Below, in pieces: positions 8,344 through 16,828 of a stretch of DNA of 17,079 nucleotides (its first letter is position 1; every line of letters starts with the position of its first letter). The notes under the pieces are model-generated. The model saw only the letters and a program-made list of their open reading frames with translations, did no database searches and was not told where the DNA came from. The translations under genes were made by a program, and so were the position numbers. This DNA comes from Clostridiales bacterium (GTDB taxonomy: Bacteria; Bacillota; Clostridia; Christensenellales; Pumilibacteraceae), in contig JAITUJ010000084.1 of the NCBI GenBank assembly GCA_031286385.1, forward strand, positions 1 to 17,079, read 5' to 3'.

Positions 8344-9414
8344 ATGAATATGACATTGAGATGGTTTGGCCCTAGTGATACAGTAAAACTATGGCAAATA
8401 AGGCAGATTCCTGGCGTTGTTGGTGTGGTAAGTACACTGTACGAAAAGCGCCCTGGTGAGGTTTGGGAAAAGAATGAAGTGTTGTCTTTGCAAGATACTA
8501 TACAAAAATCTGACTTAAAATTGTCGGGTATAGAGTCCGTTAACATTCATGATTCTATAAAAGTTGGTGATTCTGATAGAGATGCATATATTGATAAGTA
8601 CATCAAAACACTTCAAGTTTTAGGAGAATGTGGTATAGATTTGGTATGCTACAATTTTATGCCTGTGTTTGATTGGACGAGATCAGAACTTAAAAAAAAG
8701 CGCAGCGATGGGTCATACGTGCTATCTTACAGTCAGCAAGATATAGACAAGATAAATCCAGAGAACATATTTAATTCTATGAACCAAAAGTCGCAGGGAC
8801 ATATGTTGCCAGGTTGGGAGCCTGAACGCTTGTCGAAAATTAAAGATTTATTTGCTAAGTATGAACATGTTGATGAGCATAAACTGTTTGAAAACTTAGT
8901 TTACTTTTTAAAAGCTATTGGCGATGTATGCATTAAATATGACATAAAAATGGCAATTCATCCAGATGACCCTGCTTGGCCAGTTTTTGGACTCCCTAGA
9001 ATAATGACTAACAAACAAAACTTGGTAAAACTTACTAAGTCTGTAAACAAGCGTTACAACGGGGTCACGCTGTGTACAGGTTCGTTGGGCTCTAACCCTA
9101 ACAATGACATTGTAGATACAATACGCTGCTTGAAAGACAGGATACATTTTGCACATGTGCGCAACATAGTTCATTTTCAAGATGGAAATTTTGACGAAGC
9201 GGCTCATTTGTCATCAGATGGCTCTATGGATATGGTATCTATACTCAAAGCTTTTTTTGACATTGGTTTTGATGGGGTAATGCGTCCAGATCATGGCAGA
9301 ATGATATGGGGAGAAAGGGCAATCCCTGGATATGGACTTTATGATAGAGCGCTCGGTGCAAGTTATATTGTGGGGATATGGGAAACTTTAAGTAAACTGG
9401 TTAAAAGAGCGTAA
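8344..9414 (+). CDS. uxuA: D-mannonate dehydratase UxuA.
   Basis: Collinear with E. coli UxuA: MNMTLRWFGP~MEQTWRWYGP; CYNFMPVFDWTR; MAIHPDDP; GLPRI; CTGS; HFAHVRN; EAAHL; MRPDHG; PGY. SD GGAGAG at 8331-8336, 7 nt before ATG 8344; the ORF-track TTG at 8329 is rejected. Confidence 0.95.
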   Translation: MNMTLRWFGPSDTVKLWQIRQIPGVVGVVSTLYEKRPGEVWEKNEVLSLQDTIQKSDLKLSGIESVNIHDSIKVGDSDRDAYIDKYIKTLQVLGECGIDLVCYNFMPVFDWTRSELKKKRSDGSYVLSYSQQDIDKINPENIFNSMNQKSQGHMLPGWEPERLSKIKDLFAKYEHVDEHKLFENLVYFLKAIGDVCIKYDIKMAIHPDDPAWPVFGLPRIMTNKQNLVKLTKSVNKRYNGVTLCTGSLGSNPNNDIVDTIRCLKDRIHFAHVRNIVHFQDGNFDEAAHLSSDGSMDMVSILKAFFDIGFDGVMRPDHGRMIWGERAIPGYGLYDRALGASYIVGIWETLSKLVKRA

Positions 9415-9490
9415 AAATTGTTAAAATGTATATTGAAAATAATTTTATTGAGTATACATAAAATGACTTTATTTTGCGTATTATCTTATT

Positions 9491-10300
9491 ATGAAAAATA
9501 TGCCGTTCCAAAATGTAAATCAACAATTAAACCAGCCTAACATAGCTTTGGTTTTGGGGGGAGGTGGGGCGAGAGGATTTGCACACATTGGTGCGTTGAG
9601 AGCTTTTGAAGAAGCAGGGATAGAGTTTGATTTTGTAGTAGGTACAAGTGTAGGCGCTTTTGTGGGTGCGTGCTATGCTGTCGGTACTAATACTAAAAGG
9701 TTGCTAGAACTTGCCGAAACTATAAATTTGCGAGAAATACACAATGGTTTTTGGCTGGTACCCAACAATGCAACTAGAATAGGAAATGTGCTGTCAAGAT
9801 TTATTGGTGACCATGACATAGAAAATTTAAAAAGAAGATTTGTTGCAATAGCAACGGATATAAAAGTTGGGCGACAGCACATCATGGAGCGCGGTGACTT
9901 GGCGTCTGCAATATCAGCTAGCTGTTGTGTTCCTGTCGCATTTAGACCAGTCATTAGGGAGGGTTTTCATTTAGTTGATGGAGGTTTGTTAAATAATATT
10001 CCAGCAGACGTAGCAAAGATGATGGGTGCTACACATGTTGTGTCCATTGATATAAACCCTACGAGAGGTGGTGGGACGACAAGTTTAAAGACTTTCGAAG
10101 TTTTAAAAGCTACACTTTCTATTATTACATCAAACAGCAGTGTAGCAGGTTTATTGAAAAGTGACATCATTATAGAACCCGATCTTTCTAAGTATAGACC
10201 TACAAGTAAAGATGGATACTTAGATATGATTAGAATAGGATATGATGCGACAATTGAAAAAATAGATGACATTCTAAATTTGATAAAAAATACAAAATGA
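9491..10300 (+). CDS. Patatin-like phospholipase (RssA/YlbK-type lipid acyl hydrolase).
   Basis: All three patatin motifs are intact: oxyanion-hole GGGGARG, nucleophile elbow GTSVG (GxSxG) and catalytic Asp in VDGG. Confidence 0.9.
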   Translation: MKNMPFQNVNQQLNQPNIALVLGGGGARGFAHIGALRAFEEAGIEFDFVVGTSVGAFVGACYAVGTNTKRLLELAETINLREIHNGFWLVPNNATRIGNVLSRFIGDHDIENLKRRFVAIATDIKVGRQHIMERGDLASAISASCCVPVAFRPVIREGFHLVDGGLLNNIPADVAKMMGATHVVSIDINPTRGGGTTSLKTFEVLKATLSIITSNSSVAGLLKSDIIIEPDLSKYRPTSKDGYLDMIRIGYDATIEKIDDILNLIKNTK

Positions 10301-10359
10301 CAGCGTTCAATAAAAGCAACTTTTGTTGTTTTTATTGAGTTTATCACTGAAAAAATAAT

Positions 10360-10388
10360 TTGACATTATTTGTTAAGCGTGATATAAT
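10360..10388 (+). promoter_or_regulatory. Consensus sigma-A promoter with an extended -10 (TTGACA, 17-nt spacer, TGaTATAAT) ending 7 nt before the leuS ATG.
   Basis: TTGACA at 10360-10365, spacer of exactly 17 nt, TG at 10380-10381, TATAAT at 10383-10388. The predicted TSS is about 10395 and the ATG is at 10396. Confidence 0.6.
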
Positions 10389-10395
10389 AGCCATA

Positions 10396-12759
10396 ATGGG
10401 TAGCTATGATTTTAAAACCATAGAAAGCAAGTGGCAAGGCATATGGGAACAGCAAAAGTTGGGCGTGGTCAACAATAATTCTGGCAAAAAAAAACCATAT
10501 TATGCACTTGTAGAGTTCCCATATCCTTCGGGTGATGGGTTGCATGTTGGACACATGCGTGCTTTTTGTGGATTAGAAGTTTTAACACGCATGCGTAGAT
10601 TGCAAGGATACGATGTCCTGTTCCCAATAGGATGGGACGCTTTTGGTTTGCCGACAGAAAACTATGCAATAAAAACAGGAAAACATCCGCGGTCAGTTAC
10701 CGATAAAAATATAGCAAACTTTAAACGACAAATAAAAGTAGCCGGATTTTGTTTTGATTGGAGTAGAGAAATTGACACTACTGCACCAGACTACTATAAG
10801 TGGACGCAGTGGATTTTTATAAAAATGTTTGAAAGGGGTTTGGCATATAAGTCAACTACTCTTGTCAACTATTGTGAGAACTGCAAAGTAGTATTGGCTA
10901 ACGAAGACTGTCAAGGAGGAAAGTGCGATCGCTGTGGGAGATATACTACACAAAAAGAAAAATCAGTTTGGTTTTTAAAGATAAGAGAGTACGCAGATAA
11001 ACTGTTGGAAGGATTAAATTGTGTAGATTTTAATGATAGAATTAAACAAGAACAGCGTAATTGGATAGGTAAAAGCGAGGGATTGCAATTGGATTTTACA
11101 GTACAAGATTGCAAATTGCCCATCTTTACCACAAGACCAGAAACTATATTCGGCGTCAGTTTTTGTGTAATAGCACCCGAACATCCATTGATAAAAAAAC
11201 TAAGTGACAAAATAAAAAATATTGTACAAGTTGAAAAGTATATATTGGAGTGTAAGCAAAAGACTGAATTTGAAAGAGTGAGCAAAAGTCAAAAGACTGG
11301 TGTACTGCTGCAAGGTGTTTTTGCTTTCAATCCAATATCAAAAAAGAACATTCCAATTTTTGTAGCAGATTATTGCCTTTATTCTTTTGGTACAGGTGCT
11401 GTCATGGGCGTGCCTGCACACGACAGTCGAGATTGTCAGTTTGCAAAAATTTATAATTTGCCTGTCATCAAAGTTATTGAAGGTGATTTAGATGAGTGTT
11501 ATGATGTCGATAACTGTTCAAAGCTAATCAATTCAGGTTTTTTAGATGGTTTAGATATACAAAAAGCCAAAGAAAAAATAACTCAATATTGCATAGAAAA
11601 TGAATTGGGTATCACAAAAATAGATTACAAAATGAAAGATTGGGCATTCAATCGTCAACGCTATTGGGGAGAACCTATACCAATTGTAGAGTGTAATCAA
11701 TGTGGATTTGTTGCATTGCCTGAAAGTCAACTGCCCCTCATTTTACCAGAGATGAAAAAATTTGAGCCCGGTATAGATGGACAGTCCCCGTTAAGTAGGC
11801 TTGATGACTGGGTTAATACCACTTGTCCAAAGTGTGGAAGGTGTGCAAAGAGAGAGACAGATACTATGCCGCAGTGGGCAGGTTCGTCTTGGTATTTTTT
11901 GCGCTTTATGTCCCCAAAATCAGGTGACAGTATTGTGGACAGTTCGGCATACAGCAAGTGGGGGCAAGTAGACTGGTACAATGGTGGAATGGAACACACG
12001 ACTAGGCATTTGATATATAGTCGTTTTTACAATCATTTTTTATTTGATATTGGGATAGTAAAACACAAAGAGCCATATGCTAAACGCACATCACAAGGAT
12101 TGATTTTAGGGCAAGACGGCGAGAAAATGTCAAAATCTCGGGGCAATGTAGTAAGTCCAGACGCCATAGTTGAGCAGTACGGAGCAGATGTATTGCGGTT
12201 GTATGTGATGTTTATAGGTGACTATGAAAAACCCGTTCCTTGGTCAAACAGTAGCATAGCAGGTTGTCAGAGATTTTTAAATAGAGTGTGGGGACTGAAA
12301 GAGCGTTTGGGCAAAGGCAGTGTGTATATTAATGAGATTATAGTAAAAGTTACCAAGGACATAGAAAGTTTAAAGTACAACACTGCAATTTCTAGTTTGA
12401 TGACATTATGTAATGAGTCATACAACAAAGGTATCTCAAAAACACAGTATGCTGACATGTTAAAACTGATTTATCCTTTTGCACCACATATGACAGAGGA
12501 ACTGTGGCAAATATGTGAGTTTGATGGCTTTTTAAATCAAAGCACTTGGCCAAAACCAAATCATAAAGAAAATGAGATTATTTTGATACAGATGCCTATT
12601 CAGATAAATGGAAAATTTAAAGGGACAGTACAGGTTTTGCGTGGCAGTACCCAACAGCAGGTAAAAAGTGCAGTATTTGATACAGCACTCAAAACGCAGC
12701 TACATTCTATAAAAAAAGAAGTATTTGTTATGGATAAAATTTACAATTTTATCGTGTAG
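10396..12759 (+). CDS. leuS: Leucyl-tRNA synthetase.
   Basis: Class-I aaRS motifs: HVGH (HIGH) near the N-terminus and KMSKS (KMSKSRGN). Zn-binding Cys cluster (CENCK...CDRCG). CP1 editing-domain signatures TTRPETIFG and GTGAVMGVPAHDSRD. N-terminus MGSYDFKTIESKWQ is typical of LeuRS. The ORF-track start TTG 10360 is actually the promoter -35 hexamer; the true start is ATG 10396. Confidence 0.95.
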   Translation: MGSYDFKTIESKWQGIWEQQKLGVVNNNSGKKKPYYALVEFPYPSGDGLHVGHMRAFCGLEVLTRMRRLQGYDVLFPIGWDAFGLPTENYAIKTGKHPRSVTDKNIANFKRQIKVAGFCFDWSREIDTTAPDYYKWTQWIFIKMFERGLAYKSTTLVNYCENCKVVLANEDCQGGKCDRCGRYTTQKEKSVWFLKIREYADKLLEGLNCVDFNDRIKQEQRNWIGKSEGLQLDFTVQDCKLPIFTTRPETIFGVSFCVIAPEHPLIKKLSDKIKNIVQVEKYILECKQKTEFERVSKSQKTGVLLQGVFAFNPISKKNIPIFVADYCLYSFGTGAVMGVPAHDSRDCQFAKIYNLPVIKVIEGDLDECYDVDNCSKLINSGFLDGLDIQKAKEKITQYCIENELGITKIDYKMKDWAFNRQRYWGEPIPIVECNQCGFVALPESQLPLILPEMKKFEPGIDGQSPLSRLDDWVNTTCPKCGRCAKRETDTMPQWAGSSWYFLRFMSPKSGDSIVDSSAYSKWGQVDWYNGGMEHTTRHLIYSRFYNHFLFDIGIVKHKEPYAKRTSQGLILGQDGEKMSKSRGNVVSPDAIVEQYGADVLRLYVMFIGDYEKPVPWSNSSIAGCQRFLNRVWGLKERLGKGSVYINEIIVKVTKDIESLKYNTAISSLMTLCNESYNKGISKTQYADMLKLIYPFAPHMTEELWQICEFDGFLNQSTWPKPNHKENEIILIQMPIQINGKFKGTVQVLRGSTQQQVKSAVFDTALKTQLHSIKKEVFVMDKIYNFIV

Positions 12760-12796
12760 AGTTGGGGTAAAAATCGATAAAAGATTAGGATATATT

Positions 12797-13153
12797 ATGA
12801 AAATTTTAGCAAACATTGTGTGGTTTTTGGTAGTAGGGTGGGTACCTTGGCTTGTTTACGGTATTGCAGGTTTATTGTTGTGTATTAGTATAGTTGGCAT
12901 GCCTTTTGGTTTGCAAGCTTTTAAATTTAGCAAGCTGTTAGCCGCACCATTTGGGAAAAAAGTAGAGCTAAATCCAAGCAAGCATTTAATATTAAATATA
13001 GTTTGGTTTATTTTGTTGGGTTGGTCTTTGGCTCTGTATGACTTTATTTGGGGTTGTATTTTAGTGGCAACTATTGTTTTTGTGCCAATTGGCCTGCAAA
13101 TGTTTAAATTTGGCAAACTGGGAGCTTTCCCTTTTGGTGCAAAAGTCTGGTGA
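12797..13153 (+). CDS. yccF: YccF-family (DUF307) inner-membrane protein with an internal duplication.
   Basis: Two homologous halves: IVWFLVVGW...IVGMPFGLQAFKFSKLLAAPFGKKV and IVWFILLGW...IVFVPIGLQMFKFGKLGAFPFGAKV. N-terminus MKILANIVWFLVVGW resembles E. coli YccF (MRTVLNILNFVLGG). The upstream ORF-track start at 12725 would overlap leuS and is rejected. Confidence 0.8.
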   Translation: MKILANIVWFLVVGWVPWLVYGIAGLLLCISIVGMPFGLQAFKFSKLLAAPFGKKVELNPSKHLILNIVWFILLGWSLALYDFIWGCILVATIVFVPIGLQMFKFGKLGAFPFGAKVW

Positions 13154-13234
13154 ATTAAGTAGATAGTTTAAATGTTACTTGTTATTCAAAAATTGAAAAA
13201 TGATAGTCAAAAATCAATTTGACGAGGAGTTTTT

Positions 13235-14353
13235 ATGGCACTAATGAGAGTCATAGAGTGGTTGGACAAAGATAGAAATACCATTGTACACAAGATGGAT
13301 TTTAGTCGCAATACCATCAACAAAGGTAGTGTGTTAACTGTAAGAGATGGTCAAGTGGCTATATTCGCTGACAGGGGTAAGATGGCCGATGTGTTTCTGC
13401 CCGGAAGTTATAAACTGGATACAAGCAGTATTCCAATATTGACAAAGTTATTGTCGTGGAAGTATGGTTTTGAGAAACCGTTCAAAAGTGATGTCTACTT
13501 TGTCAGAACAACACAGTTCATTGACCAAAAGTGGGGTACTACCAACCCGATTATTTTGCGTGATAAAGACTATGGAGTTATACGCGTGCGTGGTAGAGGT
13601 GCATTCAGTTTTAGGGTAGAAGATGCTTTTGTCTTTATGCAAGAGTTGAGTGGCACAGGGTCATCTTATAAAACAGATGATATTTCAGCATATTTGCGTA
13701 GTCTTATTTTGACAGACATAACACAGGTATTGGGACAAAACCAAATTCCAATTTTGGATATGGCAGCAAATTTGGGAGAAATTGCAAAAATGGTGATTGA
13801 GAGTTTGCAGCCCGACTTTAAAAGTAGAGGCATGCAACTTGTTGGGTTCAATATAGAAAACTTTACTCTTCCCCCAGAGCTAGAACAAATGCTAGATAAA
13901 AATACGAGTATGGGGATTATTAGAGGGAACATTGATGTCGTTCAGCAAATGGCGGCAGCGGATGCATTAAAAGCGGCGGCTTCCAATCCCGGTTCAGCTG
14001 GCGGAACAATGGGAGCAGGGTTAGGGGTAGGCATGGGTATGGGGCTTGGCAATATGTTTGGAAACATGATGACAGGAGCTAGTCAATCAAACACTCAAAG
14101 CTCTGCCGACAATAAAGTGGGCACAACAGTATGTCCAACTTGTAAGACAAGTATAAGATTGGATGCAAAGTTTTGTAGAGAGTGTGGCACTCCATGTTCA
14201 CAGCAATGCCCCTCTTGTAAAGCTCTATTAAAAACGGATGCAAAATTTTGTCACAACTGTGGGCATAGCTTGCAAACAAAGTGTAATAAATGTGGAGCAG
14301 AAATGACAGCCGATGAAAAGTTTTGCAGAGAGTGCGGAACACCTAAGCAGTAA
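13235..14353 (+). CDS. ydjI: YdjI-like SPFH/Band-7-family protein (COG4260, 'virion core protein'-type) with three tandem C-terminal zinc-ribbon modules.
   Basis: N-terminus VIEWLDKDRNTIVHKMDFSRNTINKGSVLTVRDGQVAIF parallels B. subtilis YdjI (VVEWEEFRDDMIFYKW..REIKKGSRLIIRPGQDAVF). A Gly/Met-rich linker (GAGLGVGMGMGLGNMFGNMM) leads into three CxxC-x9-FCxxCG repeats (CPTCK..DAKFCRECG; CPSCK..DAKFCHNCG; CNKCG..DEKFCRECG). SD GAGGAG at 13219-13224. Confidence 0.85.
   Translation: MALMRVIEWLDKDRNTIVHKMDFSRNTINKGSVLTVRDGQVAIFADRGKMADVFLPGSYKLDTSSIPILTKLLSWKYGFEKPFKSDVYFVRTTQFIDQKWGTTNPIILRDKDYGVIRVRGRGAFSFRVEDAFVFMQELSGTGSSYKTDDISAYLRSLILTDITQVLGQNQIPILDMAANLGEIAKMVIESLQPDFKSRGMQLVGFNIENFTLPPELEQMLDKNTSMGIIRGNIDVVQQMAAADALKAAASNPGSAGGTMGAGLGVGMGMGLGNMFGNMMTGASQSNTQSSADNKVGTTVCPTCKTSIRLDAKFCRECGTPCSQQCPSCKALLKTDAKFCHNCGHSLQTKCNKCGAEMTADEKFCRECGTPKQ
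14132..14350 (+). repeat. Three in-frame ~75-nt tandem repeats inside the CDS, each encoding a 21-aa zinc ribbon with a 4-aa linker.
   Basis: DNA-level repetition, e.g. aagttttgtagagagtgtggcactcc (~14168) vs aagttttgcagagagtgcggaacacc (~14320). At protein level, 3x C-x2-C-x9-F-C-x2-C-G. Confidence 0.7.
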
Positions 14354-14369
14354 CTTTATCGTAGTATAG

Positions 14370-16067
14370 ATGAATATGACAAACTTTTGGACAATATTTA
14401 AGCTACTTTTTAGCAATGCTTTTAAGTGGAACAAGTCAAAAGGGAACGGGTTAAGGATAGCACTTATTACAGTGATTGCTGTGCTTAGTTGTCTCATGAT
14501 TGTTGGCTTTACTGCACTGACTGCAAAGTTGATGCCTTTGATGGAGAAGCACAACTTGTTGACGCACGCATTGACTTATGCAGTATTTGTAACGATGTTT
14601 CTCGTTTTTTTGTTTGGTATTGTTCCTACTATAAGTTATATTTTTTTGAGCAAAGATACAGAATTCTTTGCATACATGCCCATTGGGCAGAACACTGTAT
14701 TTTTAGCAAAACTGGCAATTATCTACCTTTTGCAGCTCTATTTGGCAGCCGTATTTATGTTGCCCATCATCATAACGACAGGTGTAGTATTGCACTTTGG
14801 CATCATTTTTTATCTCTGTATGACCTTAGTCCTTTTGGCATTGCCAGCATTACCACTGTTGTTCTTATCAATTTTAGCGCTACCTATAATGTCTGTAATA
14901 GCATTTTTAAAAAGGCGAGGGACTTTTACATCTATTGCACTGGTATTAGTTTTTGGAATAGTGTATGCACTGTATTTTCTGCTTATGAATAATTTGGGAA
15001 AAGGAGGAAATGCAGATCAAATTACCGATATTGACAGTTTATTCGTTAATTTTTTTAGTAGTGTGGAGGGGCTATTGACCTTATTAGGTCCATTAGTCAG
15101 TATGATAAGAGTTGCGCTAGGTGTCCAACAAACGATATTCGGTCAAATGCAAAGCTTTTGGGCAAGCACTGTTTTAAATTTAGGATTTTTTGTTATTTTC
15201 TTTTTCGTTGCATTCTTTGTAGTTTTAAAATTGAGCGGTATGATATACTACAAGGGGGCTTTGGCTCAGTTGGAAAGCATAAAAGGCAAGTCTAAATTGA
15301 ATCAAAAGGACGAAATAAAAACAGTGTTTTGGACACTAGTAGGCAAAGAGTTTAAAGAAATGATACGCACGCCTGCTTTTGCATTCAGTTGTTTGGTTAG
15401 TACGGTCATGGCACCTATTGTTACAGCCATGTTGTCAGTGAATTTAAAATTGGATAAACTTAATTCTTTGACAGATTTGGGAGGATTGATGATTTTAATT
15501 CCATTAAGTGTGGTAACGATGTTGGGGGCTGGGTTTAATGTAGGGGCTTGCACAGCTATTTCACGGGAAGGTGATAAATTTTATCATATGAAAATTATAC
15601 CCGTTGACTATCGCTTGCAAGTTAAAGCAAAACTGTATGTTTATAAGATTATCAGCTTAATTTCCATTGTGCTATCTTTGACGGTATACGCAGCGTTTTC
15701 AAATGCAGTCACATTTGCACTCTTGGCTTTCATTTTTATGTGTATGTATTCATTTGCATTTACAAACTTTGTAGCACTATTTGACTTATCAAAGCCAAAA
15801 CTAAAATGGACGACGCCAAACGAAGTAATAAAGAGAAATTTGAATGTTCAGTTGCCTAGTTTTATCAACATATTGGTTACTGTAGTCATTTTTGGTCTAG
15901 CTTCGTCTTGGGTATTGTTGGGTGCATTGGGTTTAAAATTGCATAATACGGTTATAGAAGTTGTCATGTGGGCTATCCTGTACTTGATATCTGCGACGCT
16001 TTGGATAATATTTAGCTACATTTTAAAAATAAAAACAGACAAATTTATCAATAGGATTGAAGTATAA
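14370..16067 (+). CDS. Large polytopic membrane protein (>=10 TM helices, two-lobed). It resembles an ABC-2-type or 'putative ABC exporter' permease with an internal duplication; no ATPase gene is adjacent.
   Basis: Each half opens with an amphipathic motif typical of ABC-2 permeases (LFSNAFKWNKSKGNGLRIALITV; LVGKEFKEMIRTPAFAFSCLV) followed by about 6 TM helices. It lies 16 nt downstream of the SPFH gene with no SD, so it is probably co-transcribed. I recognise no ATP-binding motifs anywhere in the window. Confidence 0.7.
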   Translation: MNMTNFWTIFKLLFSNAFKWNKSKGNGLRIALITVIAVLSCLMIVGFTALTAKLMPLMEKHNLLTHALTYAVFVTMFLVFLFGIVPTISYIFLSKDTEFFAYMPIGQNTVFLAKLAIIYLLQLYLAAVFMLPIIITTGVVLHFGIIFYLCMTLVLLALPALPLLFLSILALPIMSVIAFLKRRGTFTSIALVLVFGIVYALYFLLMNNLGKGGNADQITDIDSLFVNFFSSVEGLLTLLGPLVSMIRVALGVQQTIFGQMQSFWASTVLNLGFFVIFFFVAFFVVLKLSGMIYYKGALAQLESIKGKSKLNQKDEIKTVFWTLVGKEFKEMIRTPAFAFSCLVSTVMAPIVTAMLSVNLKLDKLNSLTDLGGLMILIPLSVVTMLGAGFNVGACTAISREGDKFYHMKIIPVDYRLQVKAKLYVYKIISLISIVLSLTVYAAFSNAVTFALLAFIFMCMYSFAFTNFVALFDLSKPKLKWTTPNEVIKRNLNVQLPSFINILVTVVIFGLASSWVLLGALGLKLHNTVIEVVMWAILYLISATLWIIFSYILKIKTDKFINRIEV

Positions 16068-16108
16068 TGCGCAAATTTTTATGTATTATCTAAAGTTATG
16101 GAGTTTCA

Positions 16109-16813
16109 ATGAAAGAAATTTTTGAAAAGAATAAGTTAATAATCACATTGTTTTTTGTATTTTTATTTTTGAGCATTGTTTTTTTGGTGTTGTATATCAC
16201 TGGTGTTATGGGTGAAGACATTCTGATAAGTCGAAACATCTATGATGCTAGTTTGCCAAAAGCTATCAAAGCCATTTTAATTTTTTTTCACGACGAATTT
16301 ATTTACATTGTTTGCATTCCACTTTCTTTAATATGGCTAGTGTTTGAGCTGTATTGCCAGTATTGTTTAAAAAAACACATTGCTAGACTGGCACTTTTAT
16401 TTATTTTAAGCGTAAGTGTAGCTGCGATATTCGCACTGTTGACAAAAAAAATCTTTGGTCGCCAAAGGCCACAGTGGTCTTCTATTCCAGATGATTACAA
16501 TAGTTTTCCCAGTGGCTCAACAATAATGACTGGTACAATTTTTTTGTTTTTTGCAGTCATTGCTTTTAAAAATAGATGGCGTATAGTAGGGATAGTATTG
16601 CTTTTTGTTCCCATTATTTGGGGGATAGGTAGAATTTGGATTGGGGAGCATTATTTATTTGATGTAATCGCTGCGTGGTTGTTTGTCCCCGTTGTTTTAT
16701 CTGCAGTATATTTGACATTTTTGTTTTGTGAAAAGTTTATTGTAAAAGTGGACAAGCTGCGTAAATTTATATATGGGGAAGAAAGATTGGATACACAGTA
16801 TATTCATGAGTAG
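16109..16813 (+). CDS. PAP2-family membrane phosphatase (undecaprenyl-diphosphate/lipid phosphatase-like) with a non-canonical motif 2.
   Basis: Motif 1 KKIFGRQRP (KX6RP) and motif 3 GRIWIGEHYLFD (RX5HX3D) are present. Motif 2 reads PSGS rather than PSGH. About 5-6 TM helices. SD TGGAG about 8 nt before the ATG. Confidence 0.8.
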   Translation: MKEIFEKNKLIITLFFVFLFLSIVFLVLYITGVMGEDILISRNIYDASLPKAIKAILIFFHDEFIYIVCIPLSLIWLVFELYCQYCLKKHIARLALLFILSVSVAAIFALLTKKIFGRQRPQWSSIPDDYNSFPSGSTIMTGTIFLFFAVIAFKNRWRIVGIVLLFVPIIWGIGRIWIGEHYLFDVIAAWLFVPVVLSAVYLTFLFCEKFIVKVDKLRKFIYGEERLDTQYIHE

Positions 16814-16828
16814 ATTAAGAATTAAAAA

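Noticed and set aside
10360-10395. ORF-track start of leuS at TTG 10360 (adds MTLFVKRDIIAI to the N-terminus).
   Set aside because: The TTG is the first triplet of a consensus -35 hexamer (TTGACA). The canonical LeuRS N-terminus begins at ATG 10396, so this is a promoter, not coding sequence.
13175-13200. Short inverted repeat TTCAAaaaTTGAA upstream of the SPFH gene, as a possible operator.
   Set aside because: It has only 5-bp arms in an AT-rich spacer, so it is likely chance, and no regulator gene is adjacent.
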